DNA from: an uncultured virus (IMG/VR IMGVR_UViG_3300032299_001001)
Taxonomy: Duplodnaviria; Heunggongvirae; Uroviricota; Caudoviricetes
Length of the DNA stretch: 64,000 nt
Virus record (IMG/VR): IMGVR_UViG_3300032299_001001
Span: 1-64,000 of that record
Reading direction: 5' to 3' (one strand)
The translations under genes and the position numbers were made by a program. Each line of letters starts with the position of its first letter. Position 1 is the first letter of the stretch. The notes beneath the pieces were generated by a model. The model saw only the letters and a list, made by a program, of their open reading frames with translations. It was not told the origin of the DNA and ran no database searches. This document shows positions 50,424 through 60,229 of the stretch, in pieces.

Positions 50424-51686
50424 TTAAGATAACCCTGACTTGATCGCCGAGAAGAAGTCCTCGTGCTCGACCTTTTCCTCTTGGCCGCTGCCCACGATTG
50501 GGTCGGCTGCTCCCCCACCCGCACCAGGCTTCGCGCTCTGGTATTTCGAGAGGGTCTTGTTTAGCTCGGCCGTCTTGGCGAACAACTGCTGCACCAGACC
50601 ATAGAGGAACGGTGAGGCTGCGGCCCGGAGAGCGACTTCGGCCCGTGCTTGGTCGTTGTCGGCCACCGTGCTCCAATCCAGTCCCGTGGCGAATTGCTCG
50701 ATCTCCCCGATCTTCTGGTTCCACGCATCGTCGCCTTCACGGCGGCGGAAGAGCGGAGCTTTCTCGGAAACATCGCCCCAGATCTTCTCAAGGGCTCCCC
50801 GATACTGCTTGTTGCGCTGCTCGATGAACGCATTCTGCTGCTCGGTGTGATGTTCTTGGATCTTCTCCAGGGCGAGCTTCGCATTATGGCGCACCTTGTT
50901 GGCGATGCCTTCGACCTTCTGCCATTCTTCCGCCATCGCGTAGAAGCGCATCCGGTCGCGGTCATTCATGCCGCTGGCCATATCGACGAGTAGCTCGGTC
51001 TGCTTCTCCGGATCAGCTTCGGCAAACGCCACACGGGCGTCGGCCTCACGAAACTCATACTTCTTGGCGAAGGATTCGAGTTGCCCGTTGATCCGTTCAC
51101 GCGGCACCGCGACCGCATCTTTGAATTCCTTGGTCGCCTCGACCCGCGCAATTTGAAGCTCGCGCTCGTAGGCATCGACCGTTTCACGGAGAGCTTTGAC
51201 CTCGTCGGGTGCGACATCGGTCGACTTCTTCTCCAGTTCGGCCACCTTGGCTTCGAGTTCCTCGCGGCGACGGCGCTCTTCTTTGAGTGCCTTACGCTGC
51301 TCGGCCCACTTCTTCGTGGCACCTTCGGTCATCGCCCCTTCGGGAGGTGCGTCGTCCGGCTCCGGCTTGGCCTCGGCTTTCTTCGGTCCGCCCAGGAGTT
51401 CAGCCAAAGCATCGGCATCGGCCGTGGCCGGGGCTTCTGCTTTGGTCGGTTCCGCAACGGGTTCCGTCTTAGGTGCTTCGGTTTTGGTCTCGGGAGCCTT
51501 GGGGGCTTCCGCCTTGGGTGCCTCGGGCGTGGGAGCGCCGATCGAGTTGAAGGCTTCCGACAGCGAACGAGCCGCGTCGAAAGTCATAGTGCCACCGGCT
51601 TCGGAAAGTTCCGGAGTGACAGTGGGTTGTGTTTGGTTGTCCGACGCCGGGGCGGACGGGTTACTCGGCGTATTGGTTTCTGCCAT
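50424..51686 (-). CDS. Capsid scaffolding protein (putative)
   Basis: P/A/E-rich N-terminus, long coiled coil, directly upstream of the capsid gene. Confidence 0.65.
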   Translation of the reverse strand: MAETNTPSNPSAPASDNQTQPTVTPELSEAGGTMTFDAARSLSEAFNSIGAPTPEAPKAEAPKAPETKTEAPKTEPVAEPTKAEAPATADADALAELLGGPKKAEAKPEPDDAPPEGAMTEGATKKWAEQRKALKEERRRREELEAKVAELEKKSTDVAPDEVKALRETVDAYERELQIARVEATKEFKDAVAVPRERINGQLESFAKKYEFREADARVAFAEADPEKQTELLVDMASGMNDRDRMRFYAMAEEWQKVEGIANKVRHNAKLALEKIQEHHTEQQNAFIEQRNKQYRGALEKIWGDVSEKAPLFRRREGDDAWNQKIGEIEQFATGLDWSTVADNDQARAEVALRAAASPFLYGLVQQLFAKTAELNKTLSKYQSAKPGAGGGAADPIVGSGQEEKVEHEDFFSAIKSGLS

Positions 51687-51689
51687 AAA

Positions 51690-51977
51690 TTATTCGTCGA
51701 CCAAGTTCGGCATCAGATCCTTGGTGGACGGGACGACCTTGATCGGGGTCGCCAAGGCTTCGAGGGAACGCAGCGCGTGGAAGAACCCTTCGCGGCGGGC
51801 GTTTTGCAGGGCGTTGAAAATTAGAAAGTCGACATCGCTCGGCACCGGCATCTCGGTCGGCTCTCCCAGATCGCGGAGCACATCCAAGGCGGCTTGCATC
51901 GAGGGGTGGCGCAGCACTTCGGCGAGTCCGCCTTGTAGGAGTTCGTTGCGGCGAAATGAGTTTAGATTGTGTTTCAT
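51690..51977 (-). CDS. Hypothetical protein
   Basis: GTAATAAC upstream; operon position. Confidence 0.6.
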   Translation of the reverse strand: MKHNLNSFRRNELLQGGLAEVLRHPSMQAALDVLRDLGEPTEMPVPSDVDFLIFNALQNARREGFFHALRSLEALATPIKVVPSTKDLMPNLVDE

Positions 51978-51995
51978 AAAGTGGTTGCGGCGTTA

Positions 51996-52511
51996 TTACG
52001 CCTTGCTCGGATGAATCCGCAGGAAGGCACGAGCCAACGAGACGTTGCGCTTCTTGAGCCAAACCCCGTCGCCCGTCTCGGAGTCACGGTCACCGCGGCC
52101 ATTGGTATTGCCTTCGACTACATCGATCGTCCGAGCCCCCACCCCGACCACGATCCCTGTATGGGAGAAGTCAAAGACGACGATGTCCCCCACCACAGCC
52201 TTGGCCGATTCGGGTAGCACGGTCACGGTGTTCGGACGCTTCTTGGCCCACTCGATCAGACCGAAAGCCAGTGCCGTGGTCGGTCGCCATTTCGCAGGCG
52301 AGCTATGCTTCAAGCCGAGCCACTCCTTCGCTTCAGGATACCCGAGCCACTGCTGCACGCACCAATCGACAAACGCCGCGCACCAAGGCCAGGGTCCGGG
52401 CGGCAAGCTCGATGCGGCTTGGTAGACGCGGATCTTGGCCCCGCGGTTATTGCCACCCGATTCACGCACTCCCACTTGGGACATCGCGACATCCGCCAGC
52501 TTTTGAATCAT
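51996..52511 (-). CDS. CHAP-domain endolysin/amidase
   Basis: PWCAAFV, SHTGIV, VEGNT. Confidence 0.85.
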   Translation of the reverse strand: MIQKLADVAMSQVGVRESGGNNRGAKIRVYQAASSLPPGPWPWCAAFVDWCVQQWLGYPEAKEWLGLKHSSPAKWRPTTALAFGLIEWAKKRPNTVTVLPESAKAVVGDIVVFDFSHTGIVVGVGARTIDVVEGNTNGRGDRDSETGDGVWLKKRNVSLARAFLRIHPSKA

Positions 52512-52512
52512 A

Positions 52513-52656
52513 CTACTCAGGCTTAACCACTTTTTTCCCGTCGCCCGGCTCGACCGAGACCGTCACCCTTTTATTGAGGAAGTCGTAGCCGAACCCGATT
52601 TTCGGGGTCACGCAGCCGGTGAGGAGCAAAGCCACCGCAGCGACCGCGTATTTCAT
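52513..52656 (-). CDS. Small lipoprotein (possible spanin)
   Basis: MKYAVAAVALLLTGC lipobox next to the lysin. Confidence 0.6.
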   Translation of the reverse strand: MKYAVAAVALLLTGCVTPKIGFGYDFLNKRVTVSVEPGDGKKVVKPE

Positions 52657-52829
52657 TTGCGGGAGAACTTCGCGACGATGTCGGCGACCGCCTTGAGCGT
52701 CTTCTCCGGCTGCTCGCCGGGGATGAGCGCGAAGATCGCGATCAAGGCGAGGATGAGGCCGTAGGCCGCTCCGAGGATTTCCAGCCAATTAAGCTGGCTG
52801 ACGATTTGGATGATGTTGGTGATGTCCAT
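52653..52829 (-). CDS. Holin-like membrane protein (58 aa, not in the ORF track)
   Basis: MDITNIIQIVSQLNWLEILGAAYGLILALIAIFALIPGEQPEK...; GTAATAAC upstream. Confidence 0.6.
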   Translation of the reverse strand: MDITNIIQIVSQLNWLEILGAAYGLILALIAIFALIPGEQPEKTLKAVADIVAKFSRK

Positions 52830-52849
52830 ATTATGTTGTGTGGTTATTA

Positions 52850-53137
52850 CTATCGTTGCAAAATTGCCGCCCGCAACCCGTCCATGATGAAAGCCGAGAG
52901 CGCCCCGATCGCGGCGGCGATCCCGTAGATCGTCGACTTGGTATTCTCCAAGTGCTTGAGCCGGTCGTCATGTTTTTCGAACGATCTCCGGAAGGACTCC
53001 TGGTGCTCCAAGATCAGGTCGACCTTGGTCTCAAGCCGCGCCAGTCTTTCACCATCGAAGCTCATCGACAGAGATTCTTCCTTCCGTCGGCGAGAACCGT
53101 CGGGGGCCAACATGTTGAGCGGGTCGGAGACATTCAT
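52850..53137 (-). CDS. Coiled-coil protein with C-terminal transmembrane segment (XhlA/holin-like)
   Basis: ERLARLETKVD...HDDRLKHLE followed by a hydrophobic C-terminus. Confidence 0.6.
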   Translation of the reverse strand: MNVSDPLNMLAPDGSRRRKEESLSMSFDGERLARLETKVDLILEHQESFRRSFEKHDDRLKHLENTKSTIYGIAAAIGALSAFIMDGLRAAILQR

Positions 53138-53182
53138 TGTTAATATGCTTCTGGATCAGGACTCCTGCAACTGAGGCTCACA

Positions 53183-53599
53183 TTAGCTATTCAGTGCGTT
53201 CATGGCCGACTGGACAGCGGCTTCAAAAGTGACGCTGGGATTCGGCCAGTCGTTACGCGGCGTCGGATTGGCGGCGAACATGGCGAGGATCTGCTGCAAG
53301 TAGGCTTCGACGGCGTTTAGCTCGGCGCATGTTTTGCCTGCGGCGATGAGTGATTGGCGCAAATACAAAAGTGTGGGCTGGCGGTCGCCTGCGAGGCCGA
53401 CACTACGGAGGTGTTCTTCGGCGGTAATCATCTCGGCTTCCAGCTTTATTTGGTTGACCTCTTCTGGCGTGGGTTGTTGTCCCAATGTAGAGTGCCATCT
53501 GACAATTTTGTCATTCACTACTTGCCATAGTTGCAGCGGACCAACTATGCCGTTTCGCTGCCGAACTATAACACACACCTTTTTGTAAAAATCGCTCAT
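53183..53599 (-). CDS. Fibre-associated hypothetical protein
   Basis: Start overlaps the fibre gene stop. Confidence 0.5.
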   Translation of the reverse strand: MSDFYKKVCVIVRQRNGIVGPLQLWQVVNDKIVRWHSTLGQQPTPEEVNQIKLEAEMITAEEHLRSVGLAGDRQPTLLYLRQSLIAAGKTCAELNAVEAYLQQILAMFAANPTPRNDWPNPSVTFEAAVQSAMNALNS

Positions 53600-55332
53600 A
53601 ATTGCACTCCAGTGAACCAACTAACTCCGTTGTCAGACCTGACAGCGGCATTCTGATCGCCAAAAAAGTTCACTCTTACGGTTACTACATCGTTTTCCTC
53701 CATAGGTATGATTCCAAATACCTGTGCCTGTCCTTGCGTCCCGTCAAAAGTTCCTGTGTAAAAAGCTCGCACTCTCAGATTGTTAACGTAAATCCCAAGC
53801 TCAACCTGCGTATCCGAAGGAAGATCGTAATAGATTGCGGCGTTAAAGGCATACAGGCCCGCCTTTCCTGTTGGCACGACAAAACGATTATTTGCCACGT
53901 CAAATCCTCCAGTCGTATCGAATCCTGAGTTTGCCCACTGAACTAAACCTGCATTAGATCCTGTAGCAGGTTCGCGACTGAAGCCTCCTGAAGATCCCGT
54001 AGCCGCAAGCTGCCCTCCCGAAATGCTCAAGCCGCCGCCAATCGAAGTCCACTTGAGGTCATAATTAGAGTCTGAATCTGGAACAACGGCTAACACTTGG
54101 TTCGGGCCATTTGGCGGACTCAAAGATTGCAAACAGCCCTGATTTGCGACAGTCATGGAATTAGTCCACGAATAATTCCACACTGGCGTCACCGATTTTT
54201 GGCTAACCGCGCTTGGGCCACCCCCCGTTATTTGGGAAAGCAAAGCGATGCTCACGTAATCGCCGTCGCTATTTGAAGTAGTTTGGACAATCTTAAAACT
54301 ACTCAAGTGACCCCCAGTTGTAGGTCGGAAAGAGAAATTTATAGTCGGACCCAATACCGCAGTCTGCGCGATTAAGTTTGCCGTGGCGAAACTGCTTGTA
54401 GTTGCGGTCCAGAGTTCAAGCTGCTCTGGGCCGGAAGCTGCATTTCCAGTGGAAGGATAATCAACAACATAAGCGTATTGCGTTCCGCCTGCGGTGAAAA
54501 ACTGCATTACCTTGCGCGAACCTCCTCCTTGCACCGGAACAGTGCCGCCTGACTGTGCAAACTGAGGCGCGGTAGGCTGGCCTGTCGGAGAGGTGACGCC
54601 AATATTGTCGTAAGAATAATATCGCCTCAACGTAGCCAGTGCTTGGCTACCAAAATACGGCAAAGTCGGGCTGTAACGCAGCGTTACAAAGACTTGATCG
54701 TTATTGTCGGAGGCCGACCATTCAAGTTGGTTCTGGAAATACTTGAGGTTTAATTGATTGTCTCTTGACGGTTTCAGCACGAGTGTGCCGCCTAACTGAA
54801 CACGCGGTATGCTTGTTCTAATGTCAGGTAGACCTAAACGAAACAGTTGGGCAAAATCTTCGTCCAGATTAAAATATGGAACCGGAGTCGTGGCGCTAAA
54901 TTCTGGCGGATCGAACGTGGTGGTGGCAACCGCACTGTCCAGCTTGTTTTTATCGGCAACCGAAAGAAACCCGGCTGCTAACGCGGTTGCGTCGGGGTGG
55001 GTATGAACCGTCGGAGCAGCGCCAACATCAGTCGCGTCGAGTGTGACCGCGCCGGTCTCGCCGTTGACCGAAGTCACTGGGTAGTCGCCGCCATATTCCC
55101 AGTCTGTCGCCAGCCCAGCATTGTTGCGTCGAATATAAATACCCGCTTGCCGTCTGTTTACCAGCCAGACGCCGGTAGAATCCCGCACGAGATATGCGGC
55201 CCCGATGGCAGGATCGCCGACCGTAACGGGTAAATCGGCAAAGGTGGGGACTTCACCCTCGAAAACTACGGTGCCCCCTCCCGACCCAACGAGATCGAGG
55301 TTTCCGGTAAAGGGGTTGAAGCTCCAACTCAT
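53596..55332 (-). CDS. Tail fibre/spike with a C1q-like C-terminal domain
   Basis: FNPFTGNLD, VTSVNGETGAVTL, FD..NNRFVVP...GLYAF...SWFTG. Confidence 0.7.
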   Translation of the reverse strand: MSWSFNPFTGNLDLVGSGGGTVVFEGEVPTFADLPVTVGDPAIGAAYLVRDSTGVWLVNRRQAGIYIRRNNAGLATDWEYGGDYPVTSVNGETGAVTLDATDVGAAPTVHTHPDATALAAGFLSVADKNKLDSAVATTTFDPPEFSATTPVPYFNLDEDFAQLFRLGLPDIRTSIPRVQLGGTLVLKPSRDNQLNLKYFQNQLEWSASDNNDQVFVTLRYSPTLPYFGSQALATLRRYYSYDNIGVTSPTGQPTAPQFAQSGGTVPVQGGGSRKVMQFFTAGGTQYAYVVDYPSTGNAASGPEQLELWTATTSSFATANLIAQTAVLGPTINFSFRPTTGGHLSSFKIVQTTSNSDGDYVSIALLSQITGGGPSAVSQKSVTPVWNYSWTNSMTVANQGCLQSLSPPNGPNQVLAVVPDSDSNYDLKWTSIGGGLSISGGQLAATGSSGGFSREPATGSNAGLVQWANSGFDTTGGFDVANNRFVVPTGKAGLYAFNAAIYYDLPSDTQVELGIYVNNLRVRAFYTGTFDGTQGQAQVFGIIPMEENDVVTVRVNFFGDQNAAVRSDNGVSWFTGVQL

Positions 55333-55566
55333 CTAGCTCTTCAGAACTCGGGTGAGATTAGTTCCGGTGTAGGAGAAGTTGCGGGTCTCGACGATCTGGC
55401 CGTTCAACTTATACTCTACCTTCGTCAGGTTGCTCCCCGCGTAGGTAAGCGCAATGTCGTCCCAGGTCGGGTTGGTGCCGTAGAGCACCGAATTGATCTT
55501 CTGGAGCGACCGCTCGGTGTAGTCCTCACGCAGGGGCGTGTCTCCTTCTGGATAATAAGCTGGCAT
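55333..55566 (-). CDS. Small virion-associated protein (MPxYxPEGD family)
   Basis: N-terminus shared with the ORFs starting at 62741 and 62566. Confidence 0.6.
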   Translation of the reverse strand: MPAYYPEGDTPLREDYTERSLQKINSVLYGTNPTWDDIALTYAGSNLTKVEYKLNGQIVETRNFSYTGTNLTRVLKS

Positions 55567-55570
55567 ATTA

Positions 55571-55783
55571 TTACTTAATACTCCGGTTCACGGACCTCGG
55601 CAACACGGCCAGGTTACTGGAGTGGTTGCTCATTCCGTTTTTATGGTGCACGTCCTTGCCGTCGCCTTTAGAGACGCGGCCGGCACGCTCCATCTTACGA
55701 CGGGCGGCGTTGCGCTGGGCACGACGCTTCTTCTGCTCGGGGGACGAGTGGTAAAGATATTCCTGTGCGTAGTCTCTTGGCAT
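55571..55783 (-). CDS. Small HNH endonuclease-like protein
   Basis: RDYAQEY...RAQRNAARR...GDGKDVHHK...N...NR. Confidence 0.75.
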   Translation of the reverse strand: MPRDYAQEYLYHSSPEQKKRRAQRNAARRKMERAGRVSKGDGKDVHHKNGMSNHSSNLAVLPRSVNRSIK

Positions 55784-55786
55784 AGG

Positions 55787-58099
55787 TCACATCGGTTGCG
55801 CCGGACCAATCTTCGCAGCGGTCTGGGCATCTTTGAGGGCGAGATCCTGCATCGTCTTGGCTTGCTTGGTCTGCATATCGACTTGGTGCTTCTCGATCTG
55901 CATCTGGAGCTTCGCTCTGCGTTCGGCCAAGTCGGCTTGGGCCTTCGGACTTAGCATCTGGGCATCGGCCAACTGACGCTCCATGTCGGCGATGCGAGCT
56001 TGCTCGGCTTCGATGGCGCGAGCTTGCTCGGCCTCTTGGGCTTTGGCTTGCTGCTCGGCGGCGGCTTGCAACTCATCGGCGAGTCGCTGGCCGGAAGCGT
56101 TCAACTGCTGGAACCGTTGGCGCATGAGCCCAATCTGGTCCTGACGGGCAACATCGGGAGCGAGCAATTCCAAGTGTTCACCGAGATGCGGCAACATCGT
56201 CTGGTAAGCGGCGAGCGCGGCGGCAGGGTCGGCCTGACCTTGCGAGATCGCTTGGTCGAGACCGTCGAGCGCCGTCAGGTGACGCGAAGCGTGGATGAAG
56301 TGGTTCTCGCCGGAGGAGACGGGCAGCGCCGTGCCAGCCGACATCGTGGCATTCTCCAAGAGCGCGATCTTGTCATCGATCGGGGTGCGGAGCGTGGTCG
56401 CAGGCGAGGGCAGATAGCGGTCGACCACTTCCTGCCCAAAGCGGGCGGCAATGCGGTCGCGCAAGAGATTGACCCGACCCATCTCGTCCAAGGAACCGAA
56501 GATCTGCATCGTCTCATCGATAGCGGCCGAGCGCATCCCAGGGCTTCCGTAACCAATGGCGCGAACGGGCTCGACTGTAGAGAAACGATGGATCGCTTCG
56601 GTCGGCACTCCGCGGGCCAAGCAACGCCTCTTGAAGTCGACGGCTTCGCGACCGCCGGGTTCATTGGCAGCATAATCACGAGCCGCGAGTCGGCGGTAGG
56701 CTTCCCGAAGGAGACGTTTCCACGGGTGGTAGAAAAGATTGATCGCCGCGGCACCGAGCACGGCTTCTTGCTGCAACTGGGCACGAACCTCATACGCAGT
56801 GCGGCTTTGACCATCCGGAGTGATCGAGCGGGACTGGTAGCCGATCGTCCGGTTCTGCATGTTCATGGTGAGGTCGTTCAAGACCGGCATGAGGTTCTGG
56901 TTGTAGTTCGGGATCGCCTTCTCGACGATCTTCAGCCCCGGAGGAAAGAGTGCGTAGGGGCCGTAGTAGGAAAGGGTCAGGTCTTCGAGGGCGCGGGAAC
57001 CATTGTCGCCGGGCTGGACGATCAGGGCCGAGGAGAGCAACGCACCATCGACCATGCCGCAGCGCAGACGATTCAAAAGCTGGATGTGTGGATACACCTT
57101 GTATCCAAGCCCGCGGATGCCGTGGTAGGTGCCGTTGCCGACGCCATAGCAAAAAGTAACGAAGCAATTCGTCGGGGCGGCGAAACGATTCGGGCGCTTG
57201 AAGAGGAAGTCCTCTTCCTTGGCGTTCTCGTCCGAGCCGATCGGATCCTTGAGGAACATGAGGTGACTGACCTTGCCGTCGAACTCGCGCACCCACATGT
57301 GGACGACATGGACTTTCTTGCCACGGCTATTGCCGTAAAGGAGGTCGTTATTTTTAAGTTCGACTTCGAGCTTCTCCCACTCGCCGGCCTCTTGAAACGA
57401 ACTGTCGCGGCAAGCGCGGATCAACGCCTGTTTCACCATCTTCACGTTCCATCCGAGGTCTTTAGCCACGGAGGGATCTTCGATGAATTTGTAAAGCTGG
57501 TGGGCTTGGTATTCGCGATCAACCGTGGCGACCTCGATCTCCCACTCGGAAGCGCGTGTTCCACGCGGCAACCGGAACTCGGAGAGCCCGGCCACACGCC
57601 AACGCCAGTCGACCTCGTCCTCAAAATAACAAACCCCGACGCCATGCGAGACGAACTGGTCGGCAAGCATCTGGTGATTGAACTCGAATTCCTGCCACTC
57701 TTTGAGGGTCCGCGTGAATTCCTCGGCGAGGATGCGCTCCCACTCGACCTTCTGCTCGGGGGAACCGTAATCGATCGAGATACGAGCCAAGACATCGACG
57801 GACGATGTGAGGTCGTAGTATCCGGCGAGGGCTTGTTCTTTCAGGGCGGCAGCTTCGCCGAAATCGAGGTTCGTGCGCTCACCTTGGCCCATCTCGATGA
57901 GGTCTTGCTGATTGAAGGGGGCGGCACCATTGAACATCGCGTCAACTAGGGCGCGGTTTTTACTGGAGCCTTGGTCGGAATCCTTGATCGCTTTGTAGAT
58001 CGATCGAGCCGAATTGACGTTGTCGACGCGCATCTTCGGAGCCTTTCCGTTTTCGTCGAGGCCGAGGATTTCAAGAGGGGCTAGTTCGGAATTTGTCAT
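55787..58099 (-). CDS. Portal protein
   Basis: 770 aa, RTAYEV motif, Q-rich coiled-coil tail, between terminase and capsid genes. Confidence 0.75.
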   Translation of the reverse strand: MTNSELAPLEILGLDENGKAPKMRVDNVNSARSIYKAIKDSDQGSSKNRALVDAMFNGAAPFNQQDLIEMGQGERTNLDFGEAAALKEQALAGYYDLTSSVDVLARISIDYGSPEQKVEWERILAEEFTRTLKEWQEFEFNHQMLADQFVSHGVGVCYFEDEVDWRWRVAGLSEFRLPRGTRASEWEIEVATVDREYQAHQLYKFIEDPSVAKDLGWNVKMVKQALIRACRDSSFQEAGEWEKLEVELKNNDLLYGNSRGKKVHVVHMWVREFDGKVSHLMFLKDPIGSDENAKEEDFLFKRPNRFAAPTNCFVTFCYGVGNGTYHGIRGLGYKVYPHIQLLNRLRCGMVDGALLSSALIVQPGDNGSRALEDLTLSYYGPYALFPPGLKIVEKAIPNYNQNLMPVLNDLTMNMQNRTIGYQSRSITPDGQSRTAYEVRAQLQQEAVLGAAAINLFYHPWKRLLREAYRRLAARDYAANEPGGREAVDFKRRCLARGVPTEAIHRFSTVEPVRAIGYGSPGMRSAAIDETMQIFGSLDEMGRVNLLRDRIAARFGQEVVDRYLPSPATTLRTPIDDKIALLENATMSAGTALPVSSGENHFIHASRHLTALDGLDQAISQGQADPAAALAAYQTMLPHLGEHLELLAPDVARQDQIGLMRQRFQQLNASGQRLADELQAAAEQQAKAQEAEQARAIEAEQARIADMERQLADAQMLSPKAQADLAERRAKLQMQIEKHQVDMQTKQAKTMQDLALKDAQTAAKIGPAQPM

Positions 58100-58851
58100 T
58101 TTTGCAGGGCTTCGATAAGTGAGCCGTCTTTACAACCGTGGACGACGGCGGCGTTGGTCGGCACAGGGCCGTAGACCGATTTGTCGTCGATCGGATCGCA
58201 GTAGATGCGCCCGTCTTCATCGATCTCGTAGTTCTTGGTGCGCCAGTTGTTGTGTATCAACTGTGATACCGCGGTGTTCGGGCGCATCTCGTGGCGGAGG
58301 TAAACGTCGAAGGGCTCGACATTCGGGCCGTCGTCGGTGCGGACATAGCTCCACAAGAGCGAGCGGGTCGGAAAGTCAGCCGGATAGACACAGGTGCCGA
58401 TGACATGCTCGCCGTCGACTTTGACGAATTCGCCGGTCTTACGATCCAGCATCCGGGTCACTTGGGTGGCTCCCAAGAAAGGCTTCTGGGCTTGGTTGTA
58501 TTCGGTCTCGATCGCGTCGAGCCAATCCTCGCGGATCGGGGTGTTGTCGGCCTCGAACCAATACCAAGTGTCCTTATTCCCGCTGTGCTGGAGGTGGCGC
58601 ACGGTGCGAGCCCAAAGGTGGTTGGCCGATTGGGGCCAGCCGAGTTCGCACTCGCTATCAGGAATAAAGAGATCGGCCGAGGCAAAGCTCGGGGCCAGGC
58701 TCTCTTTCAAAGAGGCGGCTTCGTCTTTCGTATTGTAGGCCCCGACGACGAGCAGCTTGTGCCGGGAAAGGTTCCCCAAAAGGGCCATGTGCCCGGCCAG
58801 CTTGGTGGCGAGCTTGAGGTCGACTTGGGAAACAGGCAGGACGAGGAGCAT
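58096..58851 (-). CDS. Glycosyltransferase-like protein
   Basis: GWPQSAN, WFEAD (DxD-like), HGCKDGS. Confidence 0.55.
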   Translation of the reverse strand: MLLVLPVSQVDLKLATKLAGHMALLGNLSRHKLLVVGAYNTKDEAASLKESLAPSFASADLFIPDSECELGWPQSANHLWARTVRHLQHSGNKDTWYWFEADNTPIREDWLDAIETEYNQAQKPFLGATQVTRMLDRKTGEFVKVDGEHVIGTCVYPADFPTRSLLWSYVRTDDGPNVEPFDVYLRHEMRPNTAVSQLIHNNWRTKNYEIDEDGRIYCDPIDDKSVYGPVPTNAAVVHGCKDGSLIEALQK

Positions 58852-58865
58852 GGTTTACGGAGTTA

Positions 58866-59258
58866 TTACTTTAACACAGTGTCGAGCAAATCCCAATTAT
58901 CGGGCTGACGGTGCAGCCGCGGCGAATAGCAAATCTTCTTCCTCTTCTTAATCTCGTCAAATCGCCAGAGGACGAACTGCTTCAAGTCGGGGAGCCAAGC
59001 GGCGAGAATCTGGAAGTCGCCGCGAGCATAAGCCTTCTTGGTTTTCTTACCGCGGCTCGTCATCACTCCGTAGTTATTGCGGTGCGGGTTAAAGGTCGCG
59101 GTTTTTACCTGAACACTGATGGGTCGTTTCGGGGGACGGAGAATAACGAGGTCGGCGGCATGGGCATGACCGAGCGGCACGTAGACTTTCCAGCCACGCC
59201 CATCGGCTTCATAAATAAACCTCACCTCGGCCGAGGTGCCTTTTTCACAGTCAGTCAT
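58866..59258 (-). CDS. PD-(D/E)XK endonuclease
   Basis: KGTSAE..F...DLVI...VQVKT. Confidence 0.75.
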   Translation of the reverse strand: MTDCEKGTSAEVRFIYEADGRGWKVYVPLGHAHAADLVILRPPKRPISVQVKTATFNPHRNNYGVMTSRGKKTKKAYARGDFQILAAWLPDLKQFVLWRFDEIKKRKKICYSPRLHRQPDNWDLLDTVLK

Positions 59259-60229
59259 GCAGCAACGGCGTGGACTAGAGGAGCCACTTTGCCGAAGATT
59301 TCAAAAGTCGAGTTGCGCCGGACGAGATGCGGTATGCGGAGGGCGTTTTGCCGATCGACCTCTTGAGCCGCTTGTTCTTCGGTGGAATGGCGGTCGGTCT
59401 TGTAGAGGTGGCGGGTCGCGGCACGGTGGCTCTTGAGCGTGACACGCTCGCCCGTGCTGCGTGAGACCACTTGCCAATCTCCGGGCGGGAGCACATTGCG
59501 GTCGACATCCGGCGGAGGAATGAACGGCGGGATCTCAAAGTGGGATATCCCACCGTCATAACAATAGGTGCCGTCTTTTCGCGGGTAGAGACAGTCCGGC
59601 GTCCAAAGGCAGGTCTCCTGGATGAAGGGCACCCCGAGACCAATGGCCAAGCCCATCGGGGATGACTGGTTGCCGATGAAAAGATCAGACCCCGCAATCA
59701 GCTTGGCTAGTTCGAGGTAGTCGTTGGTCACGGCATATTCCGCGTGGACTGAGGTCACTTTGCGGAGTTCTTCGACCTCCTGCGGCAACCCGACAAAGAG
59801 CATCTTCGTGCCGAGCTTTTCGCCTATGAGATCCCACCGGAAGTAAGGGTTGTGGTAGCGCGGACTGCGGTGACAGACGACCCGTCCCCGAGCCCGCACC
59901 GAGGGGGAAACTTTCAGCCAAGGATCGGGCACCGCGTTGGCGCTGACCCAATCACTTTGCAGTTCCATCAAGCTGACCCCGTAGATCAACCCACCATTAC
60001 GAAAGGTGGAGAAATTAACGCAGTGCTCGTTGGCTGGCGCATCCCCGTGAATCACCTTGCCGACGTAGTCCTGGGCTTCCAAAAGCGGACGCAACACCGC
60101 CGCCCGTTGCTCGGTCATCTTCGCCGTCCAAGGCCGCGAGTTGAGATACAGATTCCCGCGCCCGAGTTCCCTCATCGAGGGCAGCGCGTAGAGGACATCC
60201 CCTAAGTCTCCGGAGTGGAAATAATTCAC
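59255..60229 (-). CDS. GT9 (heptosyltransferase-like) glycosyltransferase
   Basis: HSGDLGDVLYALP, LELAKLIAGSDLFIGNQSSP. Confidence 0.75.
   Translation of the reverse strand: MNYFHSGDLGDVLYALPSMRELGRGNLYLNSRPWTAKMTEQRAAVLRPLLEAQDYVGKVIHGDAPANEHCVNFSTFRNGGLIYGVSLMELQSDWVSANAVPDPWLKVSPSVRARGRVVCHRSPRYHNPYFRWDLIGEKLGTKMLFVGLPQEVEELRKVTSVHAEYAVTNDYLELAKLIAGSDLFIGNQSSPMGLAIGLGVPFIQETCLWTPDCLYPRKDGTYCYDGGISHFEIPPFIPPPDVDRNVLPPGDWQVVSRSTGERVTLKSHRAATRHLYKTDRHSTEEQAAQEVDRQNALRIPHLVRRNSTFEIFGKVAPLVHAVAA

Larger units (their letters stand above)
468..58869. promoter_or_regulatory. Dispersed GTAATAAC motif, always on the locally transcribed strand
   Basis: Plus strand: 468, 2665, 3753, 8896, 15636, 18612, 19639, 22543. 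Minus strand (GTTATTAC on plus): 29402, 31811, 36744, 40901, 45151, 50153, 51992, 52843, 58862. Confidence 0.75.

Noticed and set aside
56000..57949. 649-aa plus-strand ORF and other long antisense ORFs (7436-8428, 31328-32563, 29777-30676)
   Set aside because: They are shadows of well-supported genes on the opposite strand, expected in GC-rich coding DNA, and show no recognisable motifs.
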